DNA of 64,000 nucleotides from a bacterium. Its GTDB lineage: Bacteria > SAR324 > XYD2-FULL-50-16 > G965216635. This document shows, one piece after another, positions 27,248-37,665 of this stretch (position 1 is the first letter of the stretch; every line of letters starts with the position of its first letter). The notes beneath the pieces are model-generated. The model had not been told where the DNA came from. It saw nothing but the letters and a program-made list of their open reading frames with translations, and made no database searches. The position numbers and the translations under genes are program-made. The stretch lies in assembly GCA_965216635.1 (NCBI GenBank), contig OZ244188.1:1568001-1632000 (forward strand). Direction: 5' to 3'.

Positions 27248-28243
27248 ATGTTTCATAAAAACTTATCTAAACAAATTAGAATTATGCAATACAACCAAGA
27301 AATCAGTGAAGAATTAAATAGAATAGGAATGGAAAAGGATGCGGAAGGATTTCCCAAATCTATGGAAATTCTTCGTTACAGAAAACTTTATAAATTTAAA
27401 ACTTTCAACGAGGAATCTATTGAAAATTTTAAAAATAATACTATTTGGGTCACTGCCCCTAGTAGTTTTAAAGACCCTTATGACACCTATATTTTTTCTA
27501 ATACAGAAAGCTCTCAAAACAATATACAAAATTTTATAAAAAAGAATCTTTCTATTAAGAATGATTTAAATATTAAAAGTTCAGATTGGAAAAAGATATT
27601 AAAATGTAACTATTTATATGAAATTGAAGGGTTAAAAATAAAAAAAAAAGAAGAATTAGTTGAGTTTATAAAAAATTCATTACACGAAATTTTAGCTAGT
27701 CAAAGTAACAGTTTACGAATGCATTGTTTTAGCGATAACAATACCGAGACTATAATGTGGAATCATTACTCCGATTGGCATAAAGGTTTTTGTGTTGAAT
27801 ACGACGCAAAAAAGATAGCTCTAAAATTTTTAAACCACTTTTATCCTGTATTTTATCATTATATACCCTATATAACACAGTATGGTTCCGATTATAAGAA
27901 AAAATTTCTTCACAACTTATACAAAGGACTATACTGGGCTTACGAAGGAGAATGGAGATTTATACTACACCTAAAAAAAGATCCTGATACATATATTCGC
28001 TTGCCAAAAGAAGTTAAAACTTTGGAGGGTATTGATATAAAAGTAAAAGAAAAAACATTTAAAAAAGGAGGAATTGTAGAAGGATTTAAACCATCAGCAA
28101 TTTATTTAGGTTCTAAAATCAGCCCACAAGGCGAACAAAGTCCTAATGAGCAAGAACTTAGATCTATTGCTAATAAAAAAAATATTCCCGTTTATAAAAT
28201 GAAGATCTCACAAAGGAGTTTTGGAATGGAAATAGAGGAATAA
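27248..28243 (+). CDS. DUF2971-family protein
   Basis: LYKF, F.DPYD, CFS...MWNHYSD.HKGFCVEY, W.YEGEWR, IYLG. Confidence 0.85.
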   Translation: MFHKNLSKQIRIMQYNQEISEELNRIGMEKDAEGFPKSMEILRYRKLYKFKTFNEESIENFKNNTIWVTAPSSFKDPYDTYIFSNTESSQNNIQNFIKKNLSIKNDLNIKSSDWKKILKCNYLYEIEGLKIKKKEELVEFIKNSLHEILASQSNSLRMHCFSDNNTETIMWNHYSDWHKGFCVEYDAKKIALKFLNHFYPVFYHYIPYITQYGSDYKKKFLHNLYKGLYWAYEGEWRFILHLKKDPDTYIRLPKEVKTLEGIDIKVKEKTFKKGGIVEGFKPSAIYLGSKISPQGEQSPNEQELRSIANKKNIPVYKMKISQRSFGMEIEE

Positions 28244-28301
28244 TCAAATAAAAATGATAGGGACTGTTAAACTTGTGAATGAAGGCTCTCTTACTACCTA
28301 T

Positions 28302-29639
28302 CTATTTTAAGTATTCTTTCATAGAATCATCCATTGCCTCTAACCACTTAGTATGATGAGGGGGAGAATCCGAACCAGTCATTAGAGAAGGATAAGATTT
28401 ATCACGATAAAGCATAATATCATCAGCCTTGTCATTTTTCCAGTTCACAAAAGTTTGGTTGACTCCTTTAACATCAAAACTAGGGTAATCTGTTTCATCA
28501 ATCAGCATTTGCACATAGTCACCTTGAAAAGAAATCATAGCCTTAGCGTCTTCTAGTTGTTGTTCTTTTTCGTGCCATTTTTTGGTATGGGTTTGCATTT
28601 CGCTTAATGACGGAAGTTCTATTTTTCCTAAAATCACATCTCTCGAATACCAAGCCTGTGCATCAAACATATTAAAAGTATACCACTGGTCTTGCATTCC
28701 TAAATACATAAGTTGAGTATTTTTTTCCCAAACTACACCTTTATAAATATCAAGAGGATAAAGGATGTTTTTTGTTTTTAGTCTTAATTCGTCTGCTAAA
28801 AAAGGAAAATGATGTAAATAACCTGTGCAGAGTATAATCGCTTGCACATCTTTTGTGCTACCATCAGAAAAATAGGCTGTATTTCCATCTACTTTTTGCA
28901 GGGCTGGTTTTTCTTCCCAATTAGAGGGCCATTTAAAACCCATAGGTGCAGAGCGATAACAGCTAGTAATGGATTTTGCTCCATATTTATAGCATTGCGA
29001 ACCAATATCTTCCGCAGAATAGCTACTACCAACGATTAATATATCTTGTCCTTTAAATTCTAGAGCATCACGAAAGTCGTGAGCGTGCAATATACGGCCC
29101 TTAAAAAAATCAAAACCTTCGTAAAAAGGCACATTTGGAATAGAAAAATGTCCACTAGCAACAACTAGGTAATCAAATTCCTCACTACTCATTATATCTT
29201 TTTTTAGATCTTGCACAGTGACTGTAAATTTTTTAGTGATCTCAGAAAAAGTAACATTTCTTACCGCAGTGCGAAAACGAATCTTATCTTTAACTCCTGC
29301 TTTTTTGACTCTTCCTTGGATATAATACCAAAGCACTTCCCTCGGTGGGTAGGATGCAATAGATTTTTTAAAATGCTCGTTAAAAGTATAATCAGCAAAT
29401 TCTAAGCACTCTTTGGGACCATTAGACCATAGATAACGATACATACTGTTGTGTACCGGCTCTCCATATTCATCTAAACCTGTGCGCCAACTGTAGTTCC
29501 ATAAACCACCCCAATCTTCTTGTTTTTCAAAACAGACAACATCAGGCACATCCATCCCTTTATTTTGTGCAGATTGAAAGGCTCTTAGTTGTGCCAAGCC
29601 GCTAGGACCTGCACCAATTATTGCTACTTTTTTATTCAT
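28302..29639 (-). CDS. tmm: Bacterial flavin-containing monooxygenase (trimethylamine monooxygenase)
   Basis: [47 protein letters not shown]. Confidence 0.93.
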   Translation of the reverse strand: MNKKVAIIGAGPSGLAQLRAFQSAQNKGMDVPDVVCFEKQEDWGGLWNYSWRTGLDEYGEPVHNSMYRYLWSNGPKECLEFADYTFNEHFKKSIASYPPREVLWYYIQGRVKKAGVKDKIRFRTAVRNVTFSEITKKFTVTVQDLKKDIMSSEEFDYLVVASGHFSIPNVPFYEGFDFFKGRILHAHDFRDALEFKGQDILIVGSSYSAEDIGSQCYKYGAKSITSCYRSAPMGFKWPSNWEEKPALQKVDGNTAYFSDGSTKDVQAIILCTGYLHHFPFLADELRLKTKNILYPLDIYKGVVWEKNTQLMYLGMQDQWYTFNMFDAQAWYSRDVILGKIELPSLSEMQTHTKKWHEKEQQLEDAKAMISFQGDYVQMLIDETDYPSFDVKGVNQTFVNWKNDKADDIMLYRDKSYPSLMTGSDSPPHHTKWLEAMDDSMKEYLK

Positions 29640-29793
29640 TTTTATTCTATTCTTAATTTCAAGATTATTGCAGAGGCTACTTCCAGAGCCGCTAATTCAA
29701 AAGGTCTCTCCGCGTTTTAAAAAACAAAGGCTCTACAAAAGCAGAGCCTCCATATTTTATTTAAAAACAATCAAAACAATGGCGTTTAAACCA

Positions 29794-29973
29794 CTATTTT
29801 TTTATATCCATCACTTCTCGTGTTTCCTTTCTTTCAACGCATGGTTGCCAAAAGTGCCAACCTAGCCAAAAAACAACAAGAAGTATAACCATCAATACTT
29901 CACTTCCAGCAAATGGGTAGATAGCATCTATTTTAGATATATCCCCAGTCCAACTTGTAATACCTGTACTCAT
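29794..29973 (-). CDS. 59-aa single-TM protein between amt and tmm (not in the ORF track)
   Basis: Manual translation MSTGITSWTGDISKIDAIYPFAGSEVLMVILLVVFWLGWHFWQPCVERKETREVMDIKK; starts 26 nt after the amt stop. Confidence 0.75.
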   Translation of the reverse strand: MSTGITSWTGDISKIDAIYPFAGSEVLMVILLVVFWLGWHFWQPCVERKETREVMDIKK

Positions 29974-29999
29974 TTTAATTTTAAAGTTTAAGTTATTAT

Positions 30000-31337
30000 T
30001 TAGGTTTGTCTTTCAGCATCCATAACCAGTTCGGCTTCTTTTTCATAAGTATCCATCACTGCCGAATCTAATCCTTTTATTTCAACTTCTCTAGGAATAC
30101 GCAAAGCTCCAAACATCTTAAGAATACTCGCTATTACAAGACCAGGTATAAAACCAAGTATAAAGAACATAATAACAGCACCTATGAATTGCCCGAATGG
30201 GTTAATAACAGCATTTACATAATCTGGATTTGCTGAAGCAGGATAACCCCAAAGCATAAAACCAGCAACTACAACTCCAATAAAACCGGCGTAACCGTGG
30301 ACAGCTACTGCTCCTACAGCGTCGTCTATTTTAAATGTTTTTTCTACCCAGTAGTGCAATTTATAGATAACGGGAACTGTAAGTCCACCTATTAATAAAG
30401 CTTGGATAGGATGGTATAAATCATTACCAGCGGAAGCTGCAATGACACCTGCCAACCCGCCTGAATAGGTCCAAAAAGCATCTCCTTTAGAAACTATATA
30501 GCCTGCCATCAAACCACCTGATAGTGACATCAAAAGGTTAAATGTAATCGCAGATAGAGTTGTTGGAGTTAGATAGATATTTACTGCTGAGAACAAAACT
30601 CCATCTCCAGTTTGAACATCTAAGTAAGGCACATTACAAGCTGCATAAAACCCCCAAAAACCTGTAAAGATTAAAAATAAACCTACACTGACCAACCAAG
30701 GGTTTTGTGGGTTGATATTTCTTGGTTCTCCGCTAGAGGAAAATTTACCAATGCGAGCTCCTAAAGGAATCAAAATTCCTAAAGCAAAACCACCAGCAAT
30801 AGCGTGAACTACACCAGAAGCGAAAGCATCGTGATAGCCTAATTTTTGGACCATCCAACCATCAGCACTCCAACCCCAAGCCGCACCTACAAGCCAAAAA
30901 ACAGAGCCGATAGCAATGGCTAGTATCCAAAAAGCGGAAGATTTAATTCTTTCAATTACAGAACCAGAAACGATGGAAGCTGTAGTCCAAGAAAACAGCA
31001 AGAATGCCGCCCAAAAAACGCCTGTTATTCTATCAGTTATATTGGCTGCCATCACATTACTCCAAGGCAAAGCCCATCCAGCGTCTCCTACTCCTCCAGT
31101 AATTCCAGGTCCATTTTGTATGCCGAAATAGATCCACCAACCAAATAGGTAAAAGGTAACAGTGATTAGTGGTATCAACATTGTATTTTTCATCAGGGTG
31201 TGCATATGATTTTTTTTCCTAGAGGCTCCTACTTCGTACATACAAAAGCCTACATGGATTAAAAACATCAGAGGCACCGTGACCCAATAATAAAACTCGG
31301 TAAAAACAATACCGATAGTCGTTAATTCATTTTCCAT
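30000..31337 (-). CDS. amt: Ammonium transporter family protein (tmm-associated clade)
   Basis: Multi-TM; IVSGSVIER, SGVVH, DDAVGAVAVHG. Confidence 0.93.
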   Translation of the reverse strand: MENELTTIGIVFTEFYYWVTVPLMFLIHVGFCMYEVGASRKKNHMHTLMKNTMLIPLITVTFYLFGWWIYFGIQNGPGITGGVGDAGWALPWSNVMAANITDRITGVFWAAFLLFSWTTASIVSGSVIERIKSSAFWILAIAIGSVFWLVGAAWGWSADGWMVQKLGYHDAFASGVVHAIAGGFALGILIPLGARIGKFSSSGEPRNINPQNPWLVSVGLFLIFTGFWGFYAACNVPYLDVQTGDGVLFSAVNIYLTPTTLSAITFNLLMSLSGGLMAGYIVSKGDAFWTYSGGLAGVIAASAGNDLYHPIQALLIGGLTVPVIYKLHYWVEKTFKIDDAVGAVAVHGYAGFIGVVVAGFMLWGYPASANPDYVNAVINPFGQFIGAVIMFFILGFIPGLVIASILKMFGALRIPREVEIKGLDSAVMDTYEKEAELVMDAERQT

Positions 31338-31360
31338 AAGTATTCTCCTTGTTTTTAATA

Positions 31361-31654
31361 TAGACCTTTAAATTTGCGTTATGCTTACCCCACTATTGGG
31401 GCTAGCCAAATGGTTATAAAAATGCGAAAAAAATTTTTAGCTCGCTAAAATATCGTAGTGCCACAATTCTAGGACCAGGCACTACAAAACTTGCATAATC
31501 CCAAAAAGAAATGTAAAAGAGCCTAATATAAAAGATCCAGTGGCTCTTTTACTATAACCCTTATGAAATAGATAGCAAAAGAAAAGTATTTCAAGAGTTA
31601 AAAATTTTTTTTCAACGCTGCTTTGGCTAAACAGAATGCGAATTCAAAAGTCTA
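31361..31654 (+). mobile_element. Long composite MITE with nested hairpin modules
   Basis: Same TIRs; the central ctgaa is replaced by gtagtgcc..ggcactac and aaaagagcc..ggctctttt modules. Confidence 0.88.
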
Positions 31655-31692
31655 TATAGTATTAAATTATAAAATGAGACCTAATACTATAT

Positions 31693-31834
31693 GAGACTAT
31701 TGAATTAGACATTCTAGTTCAGCTATACTGCGTTGCTCAAATTTTTTATCACTCAAAATACTTCAGTATTCCTCTTGGGTAAAAAATTTTCGCGCCTTGT
31801 CTAGCTTTCCTATAATGCCTAATTCAACAATCTC
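31693..31834 (-). mobile_element. MITE subfamily 2 (GAGA...TCTC ends), TSD TATAT
   Basis: TIR gagactattgaattagacatt / aatgcctaattcaacaatctc; carries the shared core ggaatactgaagtattt in reverse orientation. Confidence 0.85.
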
Positions 31835-31840
31835 TATATA

Positions 31841-31928
31841 TCTTTGTATTGGCGTTATGTGATATTTAGCAGGGCAAAAAAATTTTCAACGAAGCACAGA
31901 CTAAATAGAACGCCAATGCAATGGTCTT
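31841..31928 (+). mobile_element. MITE subfamily 3 (…cattgcattgg arms), degenerate
   Basis: ttgtattggcgtt ... aacgccaatgcaatggtct; related to 33507-33612. Confidence 0.65.
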
Positions 31929-32130
31929 ATTCAAAAGGTCTCTAAATTGCTTAAAACTGAGATCTGCATACCTTTAAAAAGGTAATTTAGCTCAATTCAA
32001 AGACAACGGACTTGATTTTAAGACAATTTTTTAAAATAGACAAGTTTATTTTAGCAATTTTTTAGTTTTTTTGAAATTTTGCAAAAAATTTGAAAATCTT
32101 ATAATATGCTGAGACCTTTACCAAGTAAAA

Positions 32131-32170
32131 TAGACCTTTGAACTTTATAGAATGCAAATTCAAAAATCTA
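32131..32170. mobile_element. Minimal TIR-only MITE
   Basis: tagacctttgaa...ttcaaaaatcta. Confidence 0.7.
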
Positions 32171-32387
32171 CTACATTTTATTGAAGAAATAAGCCTGTTT
32201 TTCCGACCTAGAATGCCTTATTTAAAAGTCTTTGGTTTTTTTTTACAAAATTAAAACAGACACATAAGGCAAAAAGGGATATTTTTACTATATTTTTCAA
32301 GAAAAAAGGTGTATTTTAAACTTTTTATTGTTTTTTAGGAAAAAAAATTATAAACTTATCTAGAAATAGAAATTAAATAATAAAATT

Positions 32388-32993
32388 ATGTTTGAATTTA
32401 AAGAATTAGGCTACGCATACAATGCGCTAGAACCTTATATAGACGCTCAGACCATGGAAATACACCATTCTAAGCATCACAAGACTTATTACGATAAATT
32501 TTTAGCTTCTGTTGCAGGTACTCCTATGGAGAATTTGAATATTGAAGGAGTAATAGAGCAAGTAGATGAAAACACCTCTCCAGCGATAAGAAATAACGCC
32601 GGAGGTTATTTTAATCACAATCTTTTTTGGAATTGTATTGCTCCGAATGGAACTAAAGAGCCCAAAGGAAATCTAGCGGATGCTATTAATACTACTTTTG
32701 GCTCTTATGAAAAACTAAAGACTGCAATGAACGATGCGGGAGTAGCTCGGTTTGGTTCTGGTTTTGTTTGGTTAATTGTAAAAGACAATCAACTTCAGGT
32801 TATTTCTACTCCGAATCAAGATAACCCGTTAATGAAGGTGTCCAGTACTAGAGGAACGCCAATTATGGCTATTGATGTCTGGGAACACGCTTATTATCTA
32901 AAATATCAAAATAGAAGGCCAGATTATTTAGAAGCCATTTGGAATGTTGTGAACTGGAGTATTGCATCCGAACTTTTTTCTAAAATAGATTAA
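32388..32993 (+). CDS. sodA: Superoxide dismutase, Mn-type signature
   Basis: HHSKHH, GG.FNH.LFW, NQD, DVWEHAYY. Confidence 0.9.
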   Translation: MFEFKELGYAYNALEPYIDAQTMEIHHSKHHKTYYDKFLASVAGTPMENLNIEGVIEQVDENTSPAIRNNAGGYFNHNLFWNCIAPNGTKEPKGNLADAINTTFGSYEKLKTAMNDAGVARFGSGFVWLIVKDNQLQVISTPNQDNPLMKVSSTRGTPIMAIDVWEHAYYLKYQNRRPDYLEAIWNVVNWSIASELFSKID

Positions 32994-33038
32994 GAAATTA
33001 GGATTGGTAGTTAGTAAGTAATGATATTATTGCTTTTA

Positions 33039-33306
33039 TAGACTTTTGAATTTGCATTCTGTTTAGAATATGCAGCGTTGAAAAAAATTTTTTACCCAAG
33101 AGGAATATCGTAGTGCCACAATAATGTGACCAGGCACTACAAAACTCGCACTATCCAAAAAAAGAAATATAAAAGAGCTAGCGGCTCTTTTACTATATCC
33201 CTTATTTTGCGTTAAGCAATAAGAGTATTTTGAGTGATAAAAAATTCGAGCAACTCAGTATAGCCCCAGTGGCTTAAATAAGTAGAATGCCTAGTTCAAT
33301 AGTCTC
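33039..33306. mobile_element. Chimeric composite MITE, TSD TTTTA
   Basis: Left end of subfamily 1, right end of subfamily 2, nested gtagtgcc and aaaagagc modules. Confidence 0.85.
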
Positions 33307-33506
33307 TTTTAGGTATTTGTATGATTTATCCTTATTATAAACAAGAGGTGACAAAGTAAGGAACATAGAGAAGAGATTTTTTACAGATTAGATAGAAATT
33401 TTATACTACGTTCTGTTTTAACAGTTTTCTGAAAGACTGTTTTTTAGACTTTCCTCTTGTCTTTATACTTGCTTTCCTATACCATTCATTCAGCCTTCTT
33501 ATAAAA

Positions 33507-33612
33507 AAGACCATTGCATTGGAGTTCTGTGACGGCTAGCCAAATGGTTATAACAGGTGCGAAAAAGTTTCCAACAAAGCATAAGCTAACAGAACTCCAA
33601 TGCAATGGCATT
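33507..33612 (+). mobile_element. MITE subfamily 3
   Basis: ccattgcattggagttctgt ... acagaactccaatgcaatgg arms around gacggctagccaaatggtt. Confidence 0.8.
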
Positions 33613-33756
33613 AAGAGTGAAAAAATCCAATCTAGTTTATTGGAAATCTTTGCAGTAGACACAGTTCTAACTCAAAGACATCACTCTTTTACTAACCTTT
33701 AAAAAATAAGGCTCTTGAATTAGGCTTCGTTTAATTCAAAAGTCTCTAAAAATATT

Positions 33757-36240
33757 ATGTCAAAATTCATGTTAATAAGCGTTGATTGGGAAATACGCAT
33801 TGCATTTCTAAAAAACAATAAACTGGAAGATTACTATCACGAACAAAAAGGAATGGAGGAAGAAATAACCGGCAATATCTATACAGGTGTTGTAGAACAG
33901 GTTCACTCTTCTATTAATGCAGCTTTTGTAAATATAGGATTGGAAAAAAATGCTTTTTTAGCGCTAGATTCGGTAGATTATGCTATTCATCCTCCTTGTG
34001 TTAATGAAGGAGAAAAAATCACTATAGACTCCGTTTTAAAAGAAAAAGATGTGGTCTTAGTTCAAGTGCTAAAAGACGCAACAGATACAAAAGGAGCTTC
34101 TCTATCTACCTTTGTGAGTTTACCTGGTAGATATCTTGTTCTTTCTTCTAATATAGATTCGAATGGTATAAGTAAAAAAATTGTAGATACTAAAGAAAAA
34201 ACTCGCTTGGTAAATTTCTTAGAAAAAAAGAACGGAAGCGACCATTCTGTTATTGTAAGAACAGCAGCTGTAGGGGTGCCTATGAAAGATATTGAAAGAG
34301 AGTATCGCTGGCTAAAAAAACAGTGGATGGAAGTTGTGCAGAAAAGTAAAGTAACAAAAAACCCTGCTCTGATAATATCCGAACAACCTCTTATTATACG
34401 CACTATGCGAGATCATTATCATTCAGATATAGACAAAATACTAGTTAATAAAGCCGACGCTTTTGAACTGGTTAAAGACTTCTTAAACCAGAACTATCCT
34501 GATAATATTTCTACTCTTCATTTTTATAATGACACAACACCTTTGTTTTATAATTTTAATATAGAGGCAGATGTCCAGCTTTTAGCGGAAAGAAAAATCC
34601 TTCTTCCTTGTGGAGGCTATATTGTTATTGATCAAACAGAGGCTCTAGTATCCATAGATGTCAATTCTGGTAGTGCTAGGAGTACGGATTCTGTTAGTAA
34701 GATACTTTTTGAAATCAATTTAGAAGCGGCAGAAGAGGCGGCAAGGCAAATTCGTTTAAGAAATCTTTCTGGGTTGCTTGTAATAGATTTTATTGATATG
34801 CAAAATCTGGTCTATAGGAAAAAGGTAGAAGAAGTTTTGGTTGAGGCTATGAAAAAAGACCGCTCTAAGCACACAATTATGCCTATATCAGAATTGGGAC
34901 TTTTAGAGATTAGTAGACAGAAAATAGGAAAAAACCTTGCAACTTCTTCAATGGAAATCTGTTCCACTTGTAAAGGGAGAGGAAGCACTTTTTCTTTAAT
35001 TACTCAAACCAACAAAATTTTGCGGCAAATACAAAATAAAGCGCAAACAGGAAATTTTGCTGGATTTTCTATCTACGGTTCTCCGGATTTAATCGGTTTT
35101 CTACAAAAAGAGAGTATTAGTTTATTAGAAGAAGTAGAAAAGCAATTTGATATTAAAATTGTTTTAGAAGCCGATAAACAATTTTTTCTTGCAGATGAAG
35201 CAGAAATTCATACAGAAGAAAGAGAAGGTGGAAAAAAATCTACTGTAGCATTGAAACCTTCTGTGCCTTCCGAAATTCTTGCGACTGTGATTCCAGAGAA
35301 GGTAAGTTCTGATAGAGGACTAGCGCCTCACTTTCTTTTTAAAGATGTAGATGTTTCTAATAAAAAAGATACCTTTAAAGATTTCCAAGAAAAAAGCAAA
35401 GGAGCAGAAGAAAAAGATTCTATTCATAATAAATATTTATGGAAGACTCCGTCCACTCAAGTTGGAAAAGAACTTCAAAAAGTAGAAAATACTAAACCTT
35501 CGCCCTCTAGATCTTCTTTATCGCAACCTCACAAAAAGAAATCTTTCTTTACTAAAAATGCTAATGACAGTTTTCCGCAAAATCGCAGTACATTTAGAAA
35601 TAGAAGTACGCAAAGCGAACAACATTCTAACGATTTATCTTTTAGAAGTATTGTAAAAACAGAAGAAGCAAAAAACCAGAATCTGTGGAATAAATTTAAG
35701 GGGTTTTTTTCCTCTAAAGAGGGTAGCTCTACAAAAAACAAGAGCTATCGCAAACCTCAGAAAGATACAACTTCTAGTAGAAGAGTCGGTTATTCTAGCA
35801 GAAAAATCACCCCCAGTAGAGGTTTTAGTGAGAATACTAGAGACGGCAAATATAATGAAAGTAGTAGAGGCAGAACCTTTAGCGATACTTCTAGGGGAAG
35901 AGGCAGAACCTTTAGCGAAAATAAAGAGAGAACTTTTAGCGATACTTCTAGGGGAAGAGGCAGAACCTTTAGCGAAAATAAGGAGAGAACCTTTAGCGAT
36001 GCTCCTAGGGGAAGAGGTAGAACTTTTAGCGATACTTCTAGGGGAAGAGGCAGAACTTTTAGCGATACTTCTAGGGGAAGAGCTAGCACCTTTAGCGAAA
36101 ATAAAGAGAGAACCTTTAGCGATACTTCTAGGGGAAGAGGCAGAACCTTTAGCGAAAATAAGGAGAGAACCTTTAGCGATGCTCCTAGGGGAAGAGGCAG
36201 AACCTATAGTGGAAATAAGGAGAGAAATTTTAATAAGTAA
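33757..36240 (+). CDS. rne: Ribonuclease E/G family protein with long repetitive C-terminal tail
   Basis: S1 domain GNIY.G, DVNSG, IDFIDM, CxxC.G.G Zn-link. Confidence 0.92.
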   Translation: MSKFMLISVDWEIRIAFLKNNKLEDYYHEQKGMEEEITGNIYTGVVEQVHSSINAAFVNIGLEKNAFLALDSVDYAIHPPCVNEGEKITIDSVLKEKDVVLVQVLKDATDTKGASLSTFVSLPGRYLVLSSNIDSNGISKKIVDTKEKTRLVNFLEKKNGSDHSVIVRTAAVGVPMKDIEREYRWLKKQWMEVVQKSKVTKNPALIISEQPLIIRTMRDHYHSDIDKILVNKADAFELVKDFLNQNYPDNISTLHFYNDTTPLFYNFNIEADVQLLAERKILLPCGGYIVIDQTEALVSIDVNSGSARSTDSVSKILFEINLEAAEEAARQIRLRNLSGLLVIDFIDMQNLVYRKKVEEVLVEAMKKDRSKHTIMPISELGLLEISRQKIGKNLATSSMEICSTCKGRGSTFSLITQTNKILRQIQNKAQTGNFAGFSIYGSPDLIGFLQKESISLLEEVEKQFDIKIVLEADKQFFLADEAEIHTEEREGGKKSTVALKPSVPSEILATVIPEKVSSDRGLAPHFLFKDVDVSNKKDTFKDFQEKSKGAEEKDSIHNKYLWKTPSTQVGKELQKVENTKPSPSRSSLSQPHKKKSFFTKNANDSFPQNRSTFRNRSTQSEQHSNDLSFRSIVKTEEAKNQNLWNKFKGFFSSKEGSSTKNKSYRKPQKDTTSSRRVGYSSRKITPSRGFSENTRDGKYNESSRGRTFSDTSRGRGRTFSENKERTFSDTSRGRGRTFSENKERTFSDAPRGRGRTFSDTSRGRGRTFSDTSRGRASTFSENKERTFSDTSRGRGRTFSENKERTFSDAPRGRGRTYSGNKERNFNK
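35865..36230 (+). repeat. Coding tandem repeats in rne (33-bp RTFSDTSRGRG and 24-bp RTFSENKE units)
   Basis: Read directly in DNA and protein. Confidence 0.95.
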
Positions 36241-36247
36241 GACTTAA

Positions 36248-36289
36248 TAGACTTTTGAATTTGCCAAATAGGGCAAATTCAAAGGTCTA
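36248..36289. mobile_element. Minimal TIR-only MITE forming a hairpin between convergent rne and trkA
   Basis: tagacttttgaatttgcc-aaatag-ggcaaattcaaaggtcta; flanks cttaa/cctaa. Confidence 0.85.
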
Positions 36290-36290
36290 C

Positions 36291-37661
36291 CTAATTTTTA
36301 CCTGAAGCTCTTTTTTTCAAGAAAGGTAGATTTTCTGGGAGAGTGAAAAAAAGAATACGATTATTTGCTTTAATCACTGTTTCACCCTTAGGTATAATAA
36401 CTTTTCCTTCTTGGTCTACCAAAACTCCTACCAAAGAATTTTCTGGAAAATCAATTTCTTTGAGAGTTTTGTTTTTCCAAGCGGATTCTTTAGTTATAGT
36501 TAAAGAAAGCACTTCCATTGATGTATTTGCAACGGTAGTGAAGTCAGGTGAATAGTCTCCATAATGGATAAATTGCTGTACTAGACGATTTACAATTATC
36601 CGTTCAGAAAGACTAACATCTATTTTCGCCATTTGGGCAACTGGCAGTAACTCGGATTTATGAACTATAGCAATAGTTTTTTTAGCTCCTAAAAATTTTG
36701 CTATCATACAGGCGTTGATGTTATAAAGTTCGTTATCAGATATGGCTATAAATAAAAAAATTTTAGCTACGTGAGCTTTTTTTTGAAATTCTAAGTCTAG
36801 AATGGGACCAACAATGATTTTCAAATTTTTTGAATTAGATATGTTTTTTTTAAAAGCTTCCTTTTCTTCTTGGTTATCGCAAATCACAGTTACTCTAAAA
36901 TTTTCTCGCAATAAAGAACACACTAAAATGGAATTTAAAAGATTACTGCCATAGATAACCGCTGTTTTCTTATCGGTTGTTTTTACCTCAAAATGCTCTT
37001 TAAAAGATTGTAATTTTTCTTTAGGAAAAAGTACAAAAAGTTGATCGTTTTTTTGGATTTTCCAGTTCCCTCTTGGTATGTAAGAATTACCACCCCGACA
37101 AACACAACCTATCAAAAAAAAACTATCTTTGGGTATTTGGTGTAGAAATTTATCTACAAAGTTAGATTCCTCAGTGACAATCAAACCAAACATAACCACC
37201 TTGCCTTCTGCAAAAGAACTTATCTGAGTTGCCGAAGAAAATTTTGCGAGGTTGAGAACTTCATTACAAAGAACTTCTGTGATATTGATAATTTTTTCTA
37301 TTCCCGATTTATTGTATTTTTTTACAAATTTCTTTTTTGTATAGATAGGAGAAGTGGTTACAGCTATGCTTTTTTTTGCTCCTATATTATGAGCCAAAAT
37401 GCAAGAAATAAGATTGGTTTCTTCATCGGGAGTGCAGGCTATAAAAGCTTTTGTTTCTTTACGGATAGCTTCTTTGAGAACAGGTAAATCTACAATGCTG
37501 CCACAAAGAGTAGCTACATTGAATTGTTGATTGAGTTTTTGAATCTTACTATAATTATCATCAATTATGGTTACAGAATAATTATCTTCTAAGTTCTTTT
37601 TGCTTAATTCCTCAGCAATAAAGGTTCCCGTTTCTCCTGCTCCTCCTATAACAATATGCAT
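36291..37661 (-). CDS. trkA: Trk system potassium uptake protein TrkA
   Basis: GAGETG, tandem RCK_N/RCK_C domains. Confidence 0.92.
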   Translation of the reverse strand: MHIVIGGAGETGTFIAEELSKKNLEDNYSVTIIDDNYSKIQKLNQQFNVATLCGSIVDLPVLKEAIRKETKAFIACTPDEETNLISCILAHNIGAKKSIAVTTSPIYTKKKFVKKYNKSGIEKIINITEVLCNEVLNLAKFSSATQISSFAEGKVVMFGLIVTEESNFVDKFLHQIPKDSFFLIGCVCRGGNSYIPRGNWKIQKNDQLFVLFPKEKLQSFKEHFEVKTTDKKTAVIYGSNLLNSILVCSLLRENFRVTVICDNQEEKEAFKKNISNSKNLKIIVGPILDLEFQKKAHVAKIFLFIAISDNELYNINACMIAKFLGAKKTIAIVHKSELLPVAQMAKIDVSLSERIIVNRLVQQFIHYGDYSPDFTTVANTSMEVLSLTITKESAWKNKTLKEIDFPENSLVGVLVDQEGKVIIPKGETVIKANNRILFFTLPENLPFLKKRASGKN

Positions 37662-37665
37662 AGTT

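Noticed and set aside
33310..33500. Possible riboswitch or sRNA upstream of rne
   Set aside because: Only short inverted repeats; no recognisable family motif.
35790..36247. Alternative-frame ORFs over the rne tail
   Set aside because: Shadows of the in-frame repeat.
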